This document shows positions 26,309 through 39,464 of a DNA stretch of 64,000 nucleotides, one piece after another. A program made the position numbers and the translations under genes. Numbering within the stretch: the stretch's first letter is position 1; every line of letters starts with the position of its first letter. Below the pieces are notes generated by a model that was not told the DNA's origin, searched no databases, and saw only the letters and a program-made list of their open reading frames with translations. Where the stretch lies: the NCBI RefSeq assembly GCF_036588685.1, contig NC_086373.1:7998001-8062000 (forward strand), read 5' to 3'. The stretch is from Mytilus trossulus. Its lineage: Eukaryota.

Positions 26309-29210
26309 ACTCAAACTGCGTACACTCAGATGGACGGTTTAATCGAAATGTATAATGAGTATTGATGGCAGTTGTCTGCTCTTTGGTCAGGTTTTTGTCT
26401 CTTTGACAAATTCCACATTTCCATTCTTAATTTTATTGACGTTATATTTCTTACAGATATATGATCGGTTCATTAGGTATATTTGACCCTTTTTCTTATT
26501 GCAGTTTTTGTCAAACACAATTTGCACTTCAGTACATTGGCAAATTTGGACGTGGCATTAAGGTTTAGAATCAATCCAGTTACCTACCCTATACCACATG
26601 TAACTCTCCCTCTTATTCCAGACGAACTTGGTATAATTTCCAAGTCGGTTATTCACTTATATAAAAGAATGATATATCATAAGAAGTGAACAATAAATTA
26701 CAAAATAGATATAGGAAGATGTGGTGTGAGTGCCAGTGAGACAACTCGCCATCCAAACAACAATTAAAAAACGAGGTAAACCATTATAGGTCAATGTACG
26801 GCCTTCAACGCGGAGCTGCGGCTCACACCGAACAACAAGCTATAAAGGGCCCCAAAATTACTAGTGTAAAACCATTCAAACGAAAACCAACGGTCTAATA
26901 TTATATTAAAAAAACGAGAAACGAGAAACACGTATAAATTGATAAAAAACAAACGGCAACTACTCTCGGAGTCATAAAACAAAGACATCATATCTTCGAA
27001 GGTTTAAGTCATAAGAACCTCCTTGATAGTTTTTGTAAGTTTGCTATGAGAACAAATTCGGAAATACGCATCGAAAATATGTATTCACTACGATTCGTTC
27101 TGATTTATATACACGTTAACCCAACCACATTATGTATGTATGTGCCTGTCCCAAGTCAGGAGCCTGTAATTCAGTGGTAGTCGTTTGTTTATGTGTTACA
27201 AATTTGTTTTTCGTTCAATTTTTGTACATAAATAAGGCCGTTAGTTTTCTCGTTTGCATTGTTTTACATTGTCATTTTGGTGCCTTTTATATCTAAATAT
27301 GCGGCATGGGCTTTGCTCATTGTTGAGGACCTATAGTTGTTAATTTCTGTGTCATTTTGGTCTCTTGTGGACAGTTGTCTCATTGGCAATCATGCCACAT
27401 CTTCTTTTTTATAATAAGTATATACATAAACAAATTACCAATATATTCTTAAGGTAAAAGTTCGGCAATGTTGATCTTATTTACACATACATTGAAGCCG
27501 AACTAACGCCTCCGAGTGAAGCATGTATTCTACAGTAGGACAAATAAAATTCCAGTGGAAAAAGAAAAAAGACACCACCACAGTCCTTTCGATTTCTCTT
27601 TTCAATCATTTTGTATTTTCCATTTTGGGGCGATTTATAGCTGACTCAGCGGTTCTGGTGTTGCTCATTGTTGAAGGCCGTAAGTTGTCCTACAGTTGTT
27701 GACGTCTATTGCATTTGGTCTCTGGTTAGGAGTTGTTTCGTTGGTAATCGTACTGCGTCTTCTTATAAATAATGGAGCACGAAAATGAGGCCAAGATCAG
27801 ATGAACCCTGCCAGAGAGACATGTTCACCTAACCATCATTCAATACGCCAAATATAATTGCCCTTTTTTTATACTATCCGGTACATAAACAAACCCTCGT
27901 ACTCCTAACAATGACCTATGCAAATGAAGTCTATGTCAGACAGTCATGTACACCTTAATATCAATTTATTCTCCAAAAATTGCTACCATATTACTTATAG
28001 CATCTGAGATATAGACTTGAACATGAAAACTCACTTGTGCTTAATGATAAAAGAAATGTAGTCAATGATGGTTGAACCCTTTATGATGGACGTGCAGACG
28101 TTACTAGTATCTCATATACCAAGATAGTCATTTCATCAAATTGCGTACACCCAGATAGACGGGATGATTACATTATCGAACTGTTTATTGAGTATGGATG
28201 CTATATATTTCTTACAGATATTTGATCAATTTACTTAAAGTATATTAAATTTGACCTTTTTCAAGTTGCAGTTATTGTCTGTTTACACTCCAGTAAACTG
28301 ACAAAGGAAGCGACATTAAAATGTAGAATAAGTCAAACTCCCTCCCTACCCTATGACACAAGCACACCCTCTCCTCCTTATAGCCACACGAACTCGGTCT
28401 CTTTTCCAATTCGATAATTCACTTATATAAAAGAATGATTTATATGATGGAAGAAAATTAATTAAGTGACATCGTTAATTTTCTACATTAATCTTATGAG
28501 ATATGTCACAACTAAAAATACATATAACATCCTGTGTGGATATCAATCGCTGATTTTAGCAGTAAAAATCATAAACAAAGGTTAAAATCAAAATTTGACC
28601 TTGACCACATTTATTTTAGGTGGACAAGGGACTTCAAAATCAAAAGACTCTCGGTCACTATATTTAGATTTTGACACATACGGTTTACGAGTTGCCACCA
28701 CAGGCTTTTCATTTTCTCTTTTGAATCATTTTACATTTGTCATTTCGGAGCCTTTTATAGCTGACTATAGTGCGCTATGGGTTATGCTCATTGTTGAATG
28801 TCGTAAGGTGACCCATAATTCTTGACGGCTATGTCATTTGGTCTCTTGGTAGGAATTGTCTCATTGGTAACAATACTGCATCTTCTTACAAATAATGAAA
28901 TTTGAAAATGAGACAAAGACGAGATAAATCCTGCCAGAAAAACATTTACACACATATTTTGTTTTATACTGTTCGGAAAATGAACAAAACCTCTAATATT
29001 TAACAATGAACTATGAAATGAGGACAGACAGTCATGACACCTTAAAAACATTCCATTCCCCAAAAATGATTACCACATTACTTATAGGATCTGAAACATA
29101 GACTTGACCGCGAAAACTGAACTTTGCTTGCTGATCAACGAAATGTGGTCAATATCGATTGAACCCTATATGATGGACATTTATACGTTGTAAGTATCCC
29201 ATATACAAAA
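26309..29210. repeat. Degenerate tandem duplication X1(26309-26690)…Y1(27600-28125) X2(28135-28445)…Y2(28715-29210)
   Basis: Shared tcaaa.tgcgtacac.cagat.gacgg, tatatttcttacagatat and a 23-bp identical attcacttatataaaagaatgat. Confidence 0.8.
26709..26965 (+). mobile_element. Interspersed repeat family A copy (related copies ~18670-18922 -, 27115-27410 -, 37955-38342 -, 51196-51383 -, 57306-57790 +)
   Basis: Recurring ggaagatgtggt.tgagtgccaatgagacaactctcc…ggccttcaac…gctataaagggcccc. Confidence 0.8.
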
Positions 29211-29638
29211 AAACAATAATTCTATCATTTTTTATAAGCAAGAATTTCACATTCAGTTATATTATAGTATGCATGATCAGACACGGTATTTGATTGGGTT
29301 ATTGCTCTTAGGTCTACCTTAAGTATAGATACTACTTTTAGGTTGTTTTGATGAATGTAAATAGTGATTAGAGTACTGTCGGGTATTTTTTCGACCAGAT
29401 GCAGTTTTCGACCACCTAACATTTCGGGAACGATTTCATGCACGCGAGGCGTTGTTTCCGCATCCTTTCCACGTGCAGATCTGCAAAACTAAATATTTGT
29501 CATGGAAGGTTAGATTAGCTGCAATTCACACAAAAAAGTTGTAAGTTACACAATTTATTACAGTTGTTGTGGAACTTCTCGCAATGATAAAAACAAATAT
29601 TACGTCGTCTGTTAAACAATATCTGTCTTTCAACAAAT

Positions 29639-29791
29639 GAGGGGGGATAGGACCTTTATCGGGACTTCGGGATTAGCCTCTTTCGGGATCTGGGAATTCT
29701 TTTTTTTTTCGAAGTTCGGGACTTCGGGATTTCGTAATTTCCTGTTTTTAAACCCGGGATTTCGGAATCAGGACCCCTCCTATCCCCCCTC
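29639..29791. mobile_element. 153-bp MITE with TIR GAGGGGGGATAGGA and 6-bp TSD ACAAAT
   Basis: TIRs seen directly; ACAAAT at 29633-29638 and 29792-29797; internal ttcggga repeats. Confidence 0.85.
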
Positions 29792-30228
29792 ACAAATAAT
29801 TTCAGTAAAAAAAAAACTACTGTTCAAGCATATAAACCTAATGACACTGTTCGCTAAACTCCTGAGAATAAAAATGAAAACATAAATGAATAAAAAAAGA
29901 CGCATTTAAAAAACTATGGACGCTTTGTTTACGTTTTTCAATGCTACAGTGAGTCCCCCTTTCTACAGTGACTTTACTATATGAATGACGTAACGAAATC
30001 GGGCACCTTGTATTGACAATGTCATAGTCAGAAGGACAATGTTATCACAATTGGAATGTAGGATACACTGTGATTGCATTTTATTTACTAGCTGAAAAAA
30101 AGAAAATCAAAACTTTATCTGAGCAACAAGATGATGATCAAACTTGCAGTCTGCTTTTGAAAGATATTGTATAGACCACACTTATTGTCAGGGTGTTGAC
30201 TCGCGAAGCAATCTGTCAATAGAAAACC

Positions 30229-33200
30229 TACGGAAGCCGATAAGGGCCATTCAAAAAAAATATTTTATGTCGTAATTATAATTTCGACATAACATGTCGT
30301 TATTACCACATCGTTATGTCGTAATTTCGACATAACTTGTCGTTTAATGTAGCACAGTACAAAGATTTTTTTTACTTCCAATCACTAACCTTTGAAATGC
30401 TGTAACTTTCTTATGAATGCAGAGAAAATAATAAAAGAGGTATATATAGATAGATAAAAGATTAATCTTTTAAATGAATCCAACATTTTTATTATGCAAT
30501 TATTATGTAATCAATTATTATGTAATTAGTGGCAATATCTGGGTAAGTTCACTTAAATGAATTTAGCTCTAACATCTCTTTAACTATACAGAAAATTTTA
30601 ACGAAATCTTAATCAACACACCATGGGCTTCAAAAGGGTGTCTCAGATTGTCTCTATATGGTATTCCATTCTCTCATAAATCTCTAATTAGTGTAAACAT
30701 CCTAACCACATAAAAGAAGATAATGTTTAATTAGGTGTAAAATTTGTTCTTTACATTCTATCTGAAATCTGAGACACCCTTTTGTAGATAATGGCCATAG
30801 GAACAACATATAATAAAATCAACCCTCTAGGGATACCTATGCAGAAGCTAATTTCAATTGAAAGTGGAAATTTGGTGAAAAATATTTTAGACACAGTCAA
30901 CATTATAATTTGTTACATAATTGTTGCATACTCCTAACATTGCATTTATTTGATAGAGTAATCTGTTAGCTATCCAAAACTACCACTTTTATAAATTTTC
31001 AAGCATTATTAAGAAAGTTACAGCATTTTAAAACTTTGAAGTTGGAGTTATAAAATCTTTGTATTGTGCTACCTTAAACGACATCACTATGTCGTAATTT
31101 CGACATAACATGTCGTTTAAACGACATAGCTATGTCGTAATTTCGACATATCATGTCGTTTAAACGACATCACTATGTCGTAATTTCGACATATCATGTC
31201 GTAATAACGACATCGCTATATATAAATGAACATGTATTAAGATTGGCAAGAGACTAAATGACACAGAAATTAACAACTATACGTCATCATAATGCCCCCA
31301 ATAATTAGAAAAGCCCCGCATAGTCAGCTATAAAAGAGGGAGGAAAGATACCAGAAGGAGAGTCTCCGAAATGCTGTGTGGCAGACAGTGTTATTATTAA
31401 ATTATTAGCTCCCTTGGTAAAACTCCAAATTTCATATTTAATGCATTTTATTGTTAAATAGTTTACATGAAGCTTAATAAATATATATTTGTTAATTGCA
31501 TAGCTTTTGCTATTTGAATTCATTGGTTAAAGATATTTATTTTTATTGTAAAGTTTAATATTTGCATCGTTGCAAAATCCTTGGATACCTTCTTTGGGTA
31601 CCTTCAGTGAGAAACTTATATATTTTATAATTAATAATTGAGTTTTATAAATTAACGTAGAAAGAATTGGTATACGGGCAGTTAAGATAGAAAACACTAT
31701 GTGAACATGTGAGACTAACTGAAACATCCCATCTCTCTCAAAATAAGCGCATATTACATGAATTCCACTGATAAGAGTGAATTTAAGAGTGAATTTATGT
31801 ATCAATTGCTCTAATGCTACTTTCAAACGTTGGGCACGATGTTCCTACAACACGTTACACTTAAAATGCGGCGTCGAAGAGGGGTTTCGACTTCGATTAA
31901 AAGTTTTATTCGGTTTTTTATATTGTTGGTTGATTCTGGTTCTGTTCGTTTTGTGATGTCATTTTATCAAAACTTAACTCGAGTTGTGTAATTCGATATA
32001 ATAATGTTTACCCTTTAAGTTATTTCAACTAAAAACGCAGTACTGTCGCAAGTAATGTAGGAAGGAAAGATGGGACGGGAGTACATGTATACGGTTTTCA
32101 TAACTTTTTTTTGTCATAGGATGTTTAACTTTTAAGTTGCATATCATCTGTCATTGTAAAATTTCTATATCTTAATTCATCCCCAATACAAATATATCTG
32201 ACACTCTGCAAGTTTACCCTTGGTTAAATTTGAATAGAATTGTATTTTCCCTGGCACATAAGTTGTCGAAATACACACCTTCAATTACTTGAACCTTGGC
32301 TTGAGAATTATTTCCCAAGTCATCTTCAGATATATACATTTTAAAATATAGAAAACTACTCCTGGATCGTCCGCGAAAACGGCAAATAAAAATATAATCC
32401 CGCTTTTTTTTTAATTCGATGAAACGGTTTTCGTCGCTGTTTGGGATTCGTCTTTCAATTACCTCCTTTTCATGCACAAGTTTATATTGACAATATAGCA
32501 ACATGCACTACTCTTTTTTTCGGCATCATCAACATCTTTTTCCAAATTTCATAACACGATTTGTTTTAATTATGATAAACATTTAATTGAAACTTTAGCA
32601 CATTTAACGTCGGAAATTAGCGTCTTTAGGATTTTAGACGTTTTCAGACGTTCGGAAAAATTTGCTACCGTTTTGTAATGTATGGAAGCATTTTATTCCT
32701 TTAAGACCCAAATATTTAGTTAATAAGAAAAGAATCTTGGCATTTTTACTCTTCGTATATGTAACTTTTGTTTTGATCAATTATAAAAAATACGCGTTAA
32801 CTGCTTTGAAAAATGAAAAATCAACATGGAAAAAATGACTACCGTTTGAAAAACGACTGTGTAGAGAAGATTTTATTGAATCAGCAATAGTTGAACTCAC
32901 ATGAGGCAAATATTTGTACTTTTGTTAGATATTATCATTGTCTTACTATTTTTATTCATTTTCTGCTATAATATGCAGTCGAGTCAAATGAAATTTGGTA
33001 AAATAACGGCTTTAACGCCACAAAGAACCGACACATGTCGTTGTTCCTGTCAAGAATCAAGAAGATCAGAGAATAAGAAATAGGATCACTATACATAAGA
33101 GTTAAAACAGTTTTTCATAAATGTAACGTTGGACGGGGACATCCGTTTTTTTCACATAGCTTTGTTATTTTTATCCTCAGATATACTAGATATTACTTAG

Positions 33201-34324
33201 GAGATGATCAAGAGCTGTAAAAACATTATTCAAAACATATATTAAATTTGTTTTAATATTTGTTCGTGTTTTCTAACATTTTTATTTTGTTTTGCGGATG
33301 AAATTTCGAAGATTCTGTTTTAAATCCTAGGGGTTGTAGGAACATCGCGCGTGCCCACGTTTGAAAGTCGAAATAGAGCAATTAATACTTCAATACACCC
33401 TTATACCAAGAAGCCATGTAGTTTGCGCTTATTTAAAGGGAGATGGAAAGCTTGGCTTGACTTGGTTGTGCAAATTCAGTCCTCTGATAGTTCCACATTT
33501 CATTCTCCCAACATATGCGACTGCATAGCTCTTCTACGACCGGTAACTAAGTTATAAATAACTTTGTAAGACTAGATAGCCCTAGCACGATTGGCAATGA
33601 TAATCTAAATTGGTATCTATAAAATAAATAAGTTTCTCACTGAAGGTATCCAGAGAAGGTAACCAAAGATTTTGCGACGATGCAAATATTAAACTTTACC
33701 ATATAAATAAATATCTTTAATCAATGAATTCAAATAGCAAAAGCTATGCAATTAACAAATATATATTTATTAACCTTTATGTAAACTATTTAACAATAAA
33801 ATGCATTAAATATGAAATTCCGAGTTTTACCAAGGGAGCTAATAATTTAATAATAACCCTGTCTGTCACACAGCATTTCGGGGACTCTCCTTCTGGTATC
33901 TTTCCTCCCTCTTTTAAAGTTGACTATGCGGGGCTTTTCTAATTATTGGGGGCATTATGATGACGTATAGTTGTTAACTTCTGTGTCATTTAGTCTCTTG
34001 CCAATCATAATACATATTCATTTATATGTAGCGATGTCGTTATTACGACATAGCGATGTCGTTATTACGACATGATATGTCGAAATTACGACATGATATG
34101 TCGAAATTACGACATGGTATGTCGAAATTACGACATGATATGTCGAAATTACGACATAGTGATGTCGTTTCAACGACATGTTATGTCGAAATTACGACAT
34201 AGCGATGTGGTAATAACGACATAGCGATGTGGTAATAACGACATGTTATGTCGAAATTACGACATGCTTTGTCGTAATTACGACATAAAATATTTTTTTT
34301 GAATGGCCCTTATCGGCTTCCGTA
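30229..34324. mobile_element. 4.1-kb non-autonomous foldback-like element with very long TIRs (TACGGAAGCC…GGCTTCCGTA) and 6-bp TSD AAAACC
   Basis: Arms 30229-31629 (minus the nested insert) versus 33619-34324; inner IR 31799-31851 / 33333-33388; subterminal ATGTCGTAATTTCGAC arrays; AAAACC at 30223-30228 and 34325-34330. Confidence 0.9.
30348..31073. mobile_element. Nested non-autonomous TTAA-target element (Kolobok-like termini GGTAGCAC)
   Basis: TIRs gtagcacagtacaaagatttt / aaaatctttgtattgtgctacc; TTAA at 30344-30347 and 31074-31077; removing it restores tgtcgtttaaacgaca. Confidence 0.85.
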
Positions 34325-34879
34325 AAAACCCGAAGACGTTTATAAAATACTCCCTAAAAGAGGGTGGTTTGGAGGGGTTTTACAAGGGGTAGCAATCACA
34401 ACTTCCCTTCTTTTAATATTAACTTGAGCTAATTATACCTCCCCTTTACTCCCTGTTATCATTTCCCATAACCGGGCCCCCTTATTTTACTCCCGGTTAC
34501 TCCCGCGGTTACTCCCGATTATCGCCTCCCTTATCACAGGGAGCCCCTGTCCACCAACCCCTACCTGTTTTCTCTGTTGTGTTTGTTTTTCTCGTGGTGC
34601 ACTTGGGTCACCATCTAGGTTGTTAAAATTTATATGTTTTTGTTCTCCTTTTTTACGCTAAATGTACATAGATATAGGAAGAGGTATGTGAGTGCCGATG
34701 AGACAACTCTCCATATATGATACTAGTATTTTCGAAAGTGTGTAATCATATTTGTATTTAATTTTATGCCTCAGTTACTACAGGTTGTTTTTTCTGTTTG
34801 TTTTATTTGCTTCATCTTTGTCCCGTAACATTCCAAATATACTGTTACAGTATATATATGATCATTTCTGTATTATTTG

Positions 34880-36629
34880 ATAATAAGGAAGAAATGGTAG
34901 TTCACTGCTTCATAGATATGTTAAAAATCGGTAAACAAGACAGCAACTTCTGTATACAGTGAAGACAACTTTGGATCATGACGGTCGGAAAACCCAATTT
35001 AAAGATAATTTGCCGGGTAAAGATTGGCTATATGCTTTCATGAAACGCCGCCATCCTGAGGTTTTTACTCGATCGCACTCCACAGAAACTTGGTAAGTAA
35101 CGCGCAGTTATATCTTTACAACAAATAAAATGGTGGTTTGAAGATTTTGCAAAGTACCTAACGTAAAATTGTGAAGAGGGAATATATATTGAAAGATGCT
35201 TCCCGCATATATAACGCAGATGAAAGTGGTTTCCCGCAAGATTCAAAATCTGGTAAAAATTTGGCTGCGAATGGCAGTAAGAATGTGTATTCAACATGTT
35301 CAGCTGACAAACCACAGATAACAGTTCTTGCATGTACAAACATGTATGAGTGCAACAGCACACTACTTACCACCTATGCTTGTATTTCCAGGGGAGCGTT
35401 TCCGGTATAATCCACTCGAAGGTTTCACTGAAGCAGTACTTGGTTGGACAAAGACTGGTTGGATGGATTCTGAACTATTTTACACCTGGGTACGTGGTCA
35501 TTTTATTACTGCAATAAAGGACCGAAAAGTCAAGCGACCGGTTATTTTGCTGGTGGATGGACATACTAGCCATATTAGTCTGGAAACAGCTCAGTTTTGT
35601 AAGTCTGAGAATGTTATATAGTACTGTTTGCTCGAACATGCAAGTCATATATTACAGCCTTGTGATGTTACTCTGTGTAGGCCTTTGAAGAAGCACTGGA
35701 GAGATTCAGTGAGAGATTACCAGTTCAAAAATCCGGGTGAATTTGTCACAAAAGGTACCTTTGATTCTGTATTTAAGTCGGCATGGGCGAAAGGAATAAC
35801 AGTTGATGTAGCAATTAAAGGTTTTCGTCATACGGTGCTTTATCCATTTTCAGTTGAAAGTGTAGATAAATCTAAAGTCGAGCCATCTGAAGTATTTGCA
35901 AGGACATAACCAGACCAGGATCTCGGTTATGATGACGATATGAATTGTAAAGATGTCCAGGTTGATAGTCGTCCAGTTACCAATAGTTCTGAGACCTACC
36001 TGTACATTCCAGATCAAGAAATTGCTGATGAGGCGGATACAGAAATTGCTTTTTATTAATGTCATCTGAAATTTGTGACTCTGTCTCATGTGAAACATCA
36101 CATACAATAGTTCAAGAATTGCATGATCAGCCTCATTGTCTTTATCTAGAAACCATCATACAAGTTAATTCATGCAATGTCAATGTAACACCACACAAAG
36201 ACACAAACAAACATTCGTGCGAAAAATCACCTTCATCATCTTTTAAACTCCTACTTGCTACTCCAAGTGAACAAAAGACTCTCGAGAAAAGGAAAATGAT
36301 AAAAAAAAAATGAGAATCGAAAACAGCAGAAAGAAGATGAACAGGAAATGAAAGAAAAGCGTAAGATTGATCGAGTATTAAAACGCAAACTAAAGGAAGA
36401 GGAAAATGCTAAAAAGGAGGAGAAGAAAAACGAGAAAAAAGAAAAAACTGGAAGAAAATAAGAAACGTAAATTATCCCAAAAACAAAAGAAATCGGAGAA
36501 ATCGACTACTTCCAGGGTTTATTCCAAGTGTTTACTTGTTTACATGCAAAGTGCTCTGGTGTTGACTTTTCTTGTGTGTATATTCACGACATCGCTAGCT
36601 TTCCATATGAGTGTGATGATTGCCTCTAA
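34880..36629 (+). pseudogene. Decayed pogo/Fot1-type DDE_1 (DD35D) transposase with CENP-B-like HTH remnant, K/E-rich linker and C-terminal PHD-finger remnant
   Basis: NLPGKDWLYAFMKR, YNADESGF, GWMDSELF, LLVDGHTSH-(35 aa)-ILQPCD, HAKC…YECDDCL*; several frameshifts and stops. Confidence 0.9.
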
Positions 36630-37608
36630 AAAGCGTCAGATATATCATGTGACAAAATTATCAGAATGAATGTATGACTTGTTCATGTTGTTCCAAATTT
36701 TATATTTTTATTACTACAGTGTAATGTTTTAAACGAAATACTATAGTATTGCTACAGGTATACTGTTCTGCATTTTCTTTTGTTATTTTCGATAGTTGGA
36801 ACACATTGTTTTGATGAGTCATAATAAGCATTAGTTTTTTGTACGGGTTTGTTTTGCACAGTTTTTAGTTTTTTTTGGGGTTCTTGTTGCAGTCTTGTTT
36901 TTTGTAGGGCTCGTGATGATCAATCTTTAGTTTTTTGTGGGTATCTTGTTGCACAGTCCAGTTTTTGTGGGGTTCGTGTTGCAGTCTTCTGTTGTTGCGT
37001 TGTTGTTTTTTTTATCGTTAAGTGGTCGAAAACTGCCGACGTATATATTAGTTATGAAAGAACGTGTATATTTAAAACTTCAATACACAGCACTCATTAA
37101 TGTCAATCAATCAAGTCATAGAAATAGTTTTTATAAGATACTTGTCTTTATTGGTCTAATCTACTTAAACGTTTTTCGGATGAAGCAGATATTTAATTCT
37201 TTGTAAAGACATTTACAACTATTAAAACTTTGAAATTGAACTAAAATTAGATACTTTTAAATACATTTAAGAACATAATACATAAGTTTAAAATAAAATA
37301 TGGAAATTTTTAAGTCCTGGTTTTGTGTTTTAGAAATATTTTAAGTACAAATTGAAAACAACACATTAAGAAATTTACTTTCGTTCGAAGCGCTTTTCTT
37401 GATTTACCTCCATCAAGGAATTGACGATCTTGCAAAAACGGGTTTTCATGTGTAAAGATATTGTTTTTATTATATTTGTAGTCTCAAATACTTCACTTCG
37501 TCTTGACCACTAATTTTGTCTATGTAAAAAAAATAAAAACCGATCATCCATTTTCCCCCCAGTCTAAATGAATAAAAGTAGAAATTAAAAAAAAAAACAT
37601 CAATCTAA

Positions 37609-37838
37609 GGGACAACATCACAAGTTCAATGAAGGATAAAAAACTTAATTCACATAGTTTTTTTCACTGACCCCCCTACCCCCTTCTTAACTTAATTTGG
37701 GAAAAAATGAATTGACCCATATGGATATATGTAAATATCAATGTCGGATAACCAAATCTTGCAGCAGTTCAACCCTGACCCCCAAACTATTTGAATTAAG
37801 TTTTTTTTTATCTTACATTGATCTTTTGATGTTGTCCC
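37609..37838. mobile_element. 230-bp PIF/Harbinger-type (Tourist-like) MITE
   Basis: TIR GGGACAACATCA / TGATGTTGTCCC with 3-bp TAA TSD. Confidence 0.8.
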
Positions 37839-38391
37839 TAATCAGTATCATATGAAATGCAAAATATAAACTCCATACTTAGTAACTATAAAGTCTTTTA
37901 ATAATTCGCTCACTTTGTCTAACCAAATACTGACATAACTTAAAACAGTTATTTAATCCCGCTGCAAATGTTTGCACCTGTCCTAAGTCAGGAATCTGAT
38001 GTACAGTAGTTTTCGTTTGTTTATGTAATATATACGTGTTTCTCGTTTCTCGTTGTTTGCACCTGTCCTAAGTCAGGAATCTGATGTACAGTAGTTGTCG
38101 TTTGTTTATGTATTATATACGTGTTTCTCGTTTCTCGTTTTGTTTATATAGATTAGACCGTTGGTTTTCCCGTTTGAATGGTTTTACACTAGTAATTTTG
38201 GGGCCCTTTATAGCTTGTTGTTCGGTGTGAGCCAAGGCTCCGTGTTGAAGGCCGTACTTTAACCTATAATGGTTTAATTTTTAAATTGTTATTTGGATGG
38301 AGAGTTGTCTCATTGGCACTCACACCACATCTTCCTATATCTAATAACCATTAAAATCCAAACATCAACTTTACAGATCTCAAAAGTCGTC

Positions 38392-38730
38392 TTATTTTGA
38401 TGCAGATTTACTCGTACATGAATTTTGGACGCGTTTCTTTAACTTCAAAATTGACTTCAGTTTACCGGAGGACGAGTTAAGTAAAATCACTTCATTTTTG
38501 CATGCTGATTGTATTTCACATTGGTCCATCCACTTAATCAGTTTTTGTCTTTTCCTGTTTTGGTGCAATCGCTTGTAATTTATAGTTGGTACTTCTGAAT
38601 CGTTAACGCTGATTACTTTAACATCTCTTGACGATTGAAGTTGGGCTGGGTCCTCGTTATCCTCGAATCTGTGTACTGATTCCCCAAGAATTGTTCGAAG
38701 AATTATGGATCCTAGAGGTAAACGGAACAT
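38392..38730 (-). CDS. Small intronless putative PP1-interacting protein, paralog 1 (112 aa; KLIKW RVxF-type motif, KSILK)
   Basis: Homologous to 48830-49171 and 55876-56208 (LGSIILRTILGE; IKWMDQCE; KSILK); TATAAAA at 38873-38879. Confidence 0.75.
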   Translation of the reverse strand: MFRLPLGSIILRTILGESVHRFEDNEDPAQLQSSRDVKVISVNDSEVPTINYKRLHQNRKRQKLIKWMDQCEIQSACKNEVILLNSSSGKLKSILKLKKRVQNSCTSKSASK

Positions 38731-38844
38731 TGCAAATAGGTCCTCAGAAAGTAAATGTTAGAAAGTATCATTGATCTAAAATATGATAAAAAGTGTGTAT
38801 TTTCTATAAACAAGTATGGGGTACCATACCTGTATGTGCAAAAA

Positions 38845-38945
38845 ATACATACAAATGATTGAACATGAATACTTTTATACCTATAAGTGGTCAACAACTT
38901 GTTTACTCTTTTTTTCGTTCACTTTTCCCCAACGCTTGCATGTGT
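38845..38945 (-). promoter_or_regulatory. Putative promoter of paralog 1: TATAAAA (38873-38879) and forkhead site GTAAACAA (38899-38906)
   Basis: Motifs seen directly upstream of the ATG. Confidence 0.55.
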
Positions 38946-39464
38946 TGTTTTGTTTTATTGGTGTGGTTTTCTTCCACTACTAAACTCAATACCCTTGATA
39001 AATACTATATTTATACTCGATGATTTACAAATTGAATAAAAAGTGATAATGGTAAACAGTACGACCTTTTTGGCCGCAGTTAAAGAATAACATAATTTAA
39101 ATGCATGAATATTCAAATAACAATTTTTAAAACGTCTCGCTGTTAGAAAGGTACAGTCCAACTTTTTTTAATGTTTACACACAAGTTTAGTATGATATTT
39201 ATAGAATAATTTTCTAAATATACCTTAAAGAATTCCATGTGGTATGTCTCGTTTGTTTGATAATAAGTTTATTTAAGGATTGACTTCGATTTTCTTTCAC
39301 AGATGACCTTGGATATATTCTTATTGTCGTATAAACAGCCCCGTATTCTTTCCGCTATAGTGAGATCACCAAATACAACTTATTTCCCTTGTATCTATAG
39401 ACATGCGCACGACAAAGGGTGCCACTTCTAGTGAAACAGAATATGTGTACCCTTCTGGAGCACA

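Noticed and set aside
29945-29960. TA-CAGTG as the left TIR of the pogo element
   Set aside because: No matching right TIR found downstream of 36629
31305-33942. Two near-identical 72-aa ORFs on opposite strands (31305-31523, 33724-33942)
   Set aside because: Mirror images within the long TIRs of the foldback element; no sign of coding selection
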